64,000 nucleotides of DNA from an uncultured virus (IMG/VR IMGVR_UViG_3300010233_000001) (Duplodnaviria; Heunggongvirae; Uroviricota; Caudoviricetes), in the IMG/VR virus record IMGVR_UViG_3300010233_000001; one strand, 5' to 3'. The notes beneath the pieces are model-generated. The model was given only the letters and a program-made list of their open reading frames with translations, did not search any database and had not been told where the DNA came from. Every line of letters begins with the position of its first letter. Position 1 is the stretch's first letter. The translations under genes and the position numbers were made by a program. This document shows, one piece after another, positions 61,400 to 64,000 of the stretch.

Positions 61400-64000
61400 A
61401 ACTGTATCCTTATGGGCACGCTTTGCCAGCAGTAACTGCTGGGTGTGGGTTGCCGTTAGATTCTAAGATATACAAAGTAGTTTCATTGCTACCGATATTC
61501 TGACTGACATACTTCATTACTACGAACCACATCAGTTTTTTATCTGTCAGCTCTGGAAGTTTACTTGAGATATACGATTCCATTTTTGTAGGATGCGATG
61601 GCAATTCTTCTATCTCCCAAGCTTTCCAATGCTTGAATTCTTTTCCGTCCTGATCAGAAACCCTAGTAGGATCACAGGTAGCTAGATAGAACATTTACTT
61701 AGTGATTTCAAAGGTATGACAAACTTCTTCTAGAGAAGAAACTTCTCGTTTGAGCTTAGCTAAACGGTCAATGATACCGGTGCCAGTTATCAGCATCTTG
61801 TTCCTTTTGACGAATGGCATTAGCTGTTTAGGCTCTTCGAAAGAAATAGAAATATAGTCATTAAGAGAATCAAACTGAAGTCGAATCCCACCCTCCAAAT
61901 CAAACCGGTCAAACTGGGAATTGTAACAAGTAAATAGTTTGACTATAGGACCTATTTTACCACTAAATGAATCTCGAGATTCCAAATAGAATCTTGTTCC
62001 GTTACTCAGTTTAAATTCCCAATTGGTATCAGCCAGAATATTTTCGTTCTGAATTAGTTGGCCAACCAGTATATCACGTTCTTCACGTAAAATACAAGCT
62101 TCTGTAATAAGTCGGTTCTCGGCGTCTTCTTTCTCTTTGATTTGAGCAGTGAGTTCTGTAATTTTATCTTGGAGAGACATTACCAGCTCACTTTGATGTA
62201 GCAATCATTGCCACAAAAGTCTGTGCCATTAGCATATTGCAAAGAAAATCCTAAAGACTCTAACTTCTGAATCAGAGGCGGAGCCGTCAGCTTGGCATAT
62301 CTTTCTCCACGCCACGTTCCAGGGGAGTGGATAGAGAACCAGCGATCCAAAAGATAGTCATGATCCTCTACAGAGACCTTAGCTATCAGAGAGGACTTGC
62401 CATCTGCGGCTGCGGCATTGCACAGTTTGAGGACCCTGCCAGTGGTCTTGTCACAGTTGGCAGCAATATCCCTTAGAGTAGCGGCAATGTTGATATCGAT
62501 GTTATCGAATTTATCTGTCATCTTTAACTCGGGTCAAGTTCCAAACCATCGCCTGCGTTGGCGCGGGTAACCTTCTTACCATCGTTCCAGATCAGAACGG
62601 TATTGGGGTAAGCTATAAACGTAATAGCTTTCGCTTCAGGATCAATCGCCCAAGACTTATGGCCAGCCGCCGTGCACATCTTTTTAGCTTTAGCAAGAGT
62701 AACTCCAGTTAGAGTGTCCAAAAAACTTTGCTTGATCATTTCCTAGCTCCTAGCCATTTGAGATGTTCTTCGATTTGGAAGGCGAAGACCTCATCATTAG
62801 CGAAGTTGCCCATCTCCAGTTGATGTTGGACTTCCATTAGAAGTTTGACGCTCTTGATTTCACCAGCTGACTTGCCCATCATCCACTGAGGATCGATGTA
62901 GGTATGAGTGTTAGGCGACAAACCTGAGGGAACATTAGCCGTCACTACATCCACGATGGAAGCTGTCCCTTGATCTGCCATAAAGTCGGGAGACGGAGGT
63001 GCGACATTGTCAATGACGATGCCAGTGTTCTCCAAAGTGCCAGAGCACACAGTATCAATCTTAAGGACTCGACCGGATGGAAAGGTTAGAGTCAGACAGT
63101 CATGCTCGCGCATGCCTGAACCCGGCTCTTCTTCGAGGGTTTCCAGTTTGACATCCTTCAGCTCACCCAGCATAATCATGCCAGTTAGGATAGGCATAGT
63201 GGCGGAGCTATGAATCTTATTTTGTTTATCATTCATTTGTTGATGTCCTTATATATCTTGTTGACTATATCAGCCACCGGAAAGATTTGATGAAACAACT
63301 CGAACAAGCGATCGATCTCTTCTAGGTTGAGGGGAGAATTATTAAACTTTCTACCCTGAAGCTGTTCGTATTCTTCTAGTTCTGCCTCGGTAACCGCTGG
63401 ATTATCTTGAAGAATCTTCTGTCGATTAAGCGGTTCCATGTTGATCCTTAGTGCTAGGCTGGCGGAAAACAGTAAGCCATCCCAATCATCATATACATGA
63501 AAAGTGACATGGCCAAGCTAAGAGATAACCATTCTACAATGGTATACTCTACCTTCTCACCACGAGCTTTGGCATTAGCGTCTTGGGCAATCCACTTAGA
63601 AAATGGATACATGAAGACAGTCAACGGAAGTATTGGTAAGCTAAGGCAGGCATAGATGGTAAGGATGATTACTTGCCTCTTGCTGAAGCTCTTCAACTCA
63701 GAACTTAGACTTGACCCAAGCACCAGCTGCCATCCCTGCAATGAAAACGATTGCTGTAAACATGATTTATTCTTCTCCAAATCGAAGGCCAATGTAACCC
63801 GGACCACGCTTTACTATTAGATTAGTACAGGTAGCTGCGGGTTTAGTTTCAGAGGGAACCTTACCGCGCTTGCGATCCAGTTCCTCTTGAGTGTATGGAA
63901 AGTAAAGGTCCGTTCGAATACGAAAGTCTTCTGGGTTCATTTACTTCTTCCTGTGATTATCAACTATCTTAGTGATGTGTTCCAAGAACGCAGGCAAATC

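Noticed and set aside
505..63213. Most short plus-strand ORFs in the track
   Set aside because: They overlap better-supported minus-strand genes. Only 17304, 21953, 40623 and 59979 are accepted on the plus strand.
1..64000. Genome-wide stop-codon reassignment
   Set aside because: Recognisable genes are full length in code 11 and end in TAA, TAG and TGA. No clean CTA or TCA suppressor tRNA was found.
1..64000. CRISPR array or cas genes
   Set aside because: No regularly spaced direct repeats were seen. The recurring GGxTTCGAAxCC strings are tRNA T-arms.

Overview
This window looks like part of a large (jumbo/huge) tailed-phage genome. It has dense, mostly minus-strand small ORFs, several free-standing homing-type endonucleases (HNH, GIY-YIG, LAGLIDADG, Vsr/DUF559-like) and a dispersed array of about 30 tRNA and tRNA-like genes. 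Auxiliary genes include rplL, coaD, coaE, a CinA-nucleotidyltransferase fusion, a PARG-type macrodomain, Nudix enzymes, a SpoU methylase, family-4 UDG, a 5'-3' exonuclease, a DNA methylase and RNA end-healing domains. The strongest candidate for an undescribed system is at 3183-4166, where four tandem mini-proteins share one N-terminal motif and each carries what appears to be a successive, collinear piece of a major capsid protein. The tRNA region also holds many remodelled tRNA-like RNAs: anticodon-loop and D-loop insertions, a circularly permuted copy, D-arm-less and anticodon-less forms, and a family with a co-varied elbow. Two genes need a +1 shift exactly at a UGA, one of them at the prfB-type CUU-UGA-C motif. 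All family assignments come from motif recognition by eye and no database searches were run. Assembly gaps lie at about 270-373 and 2218-2228.
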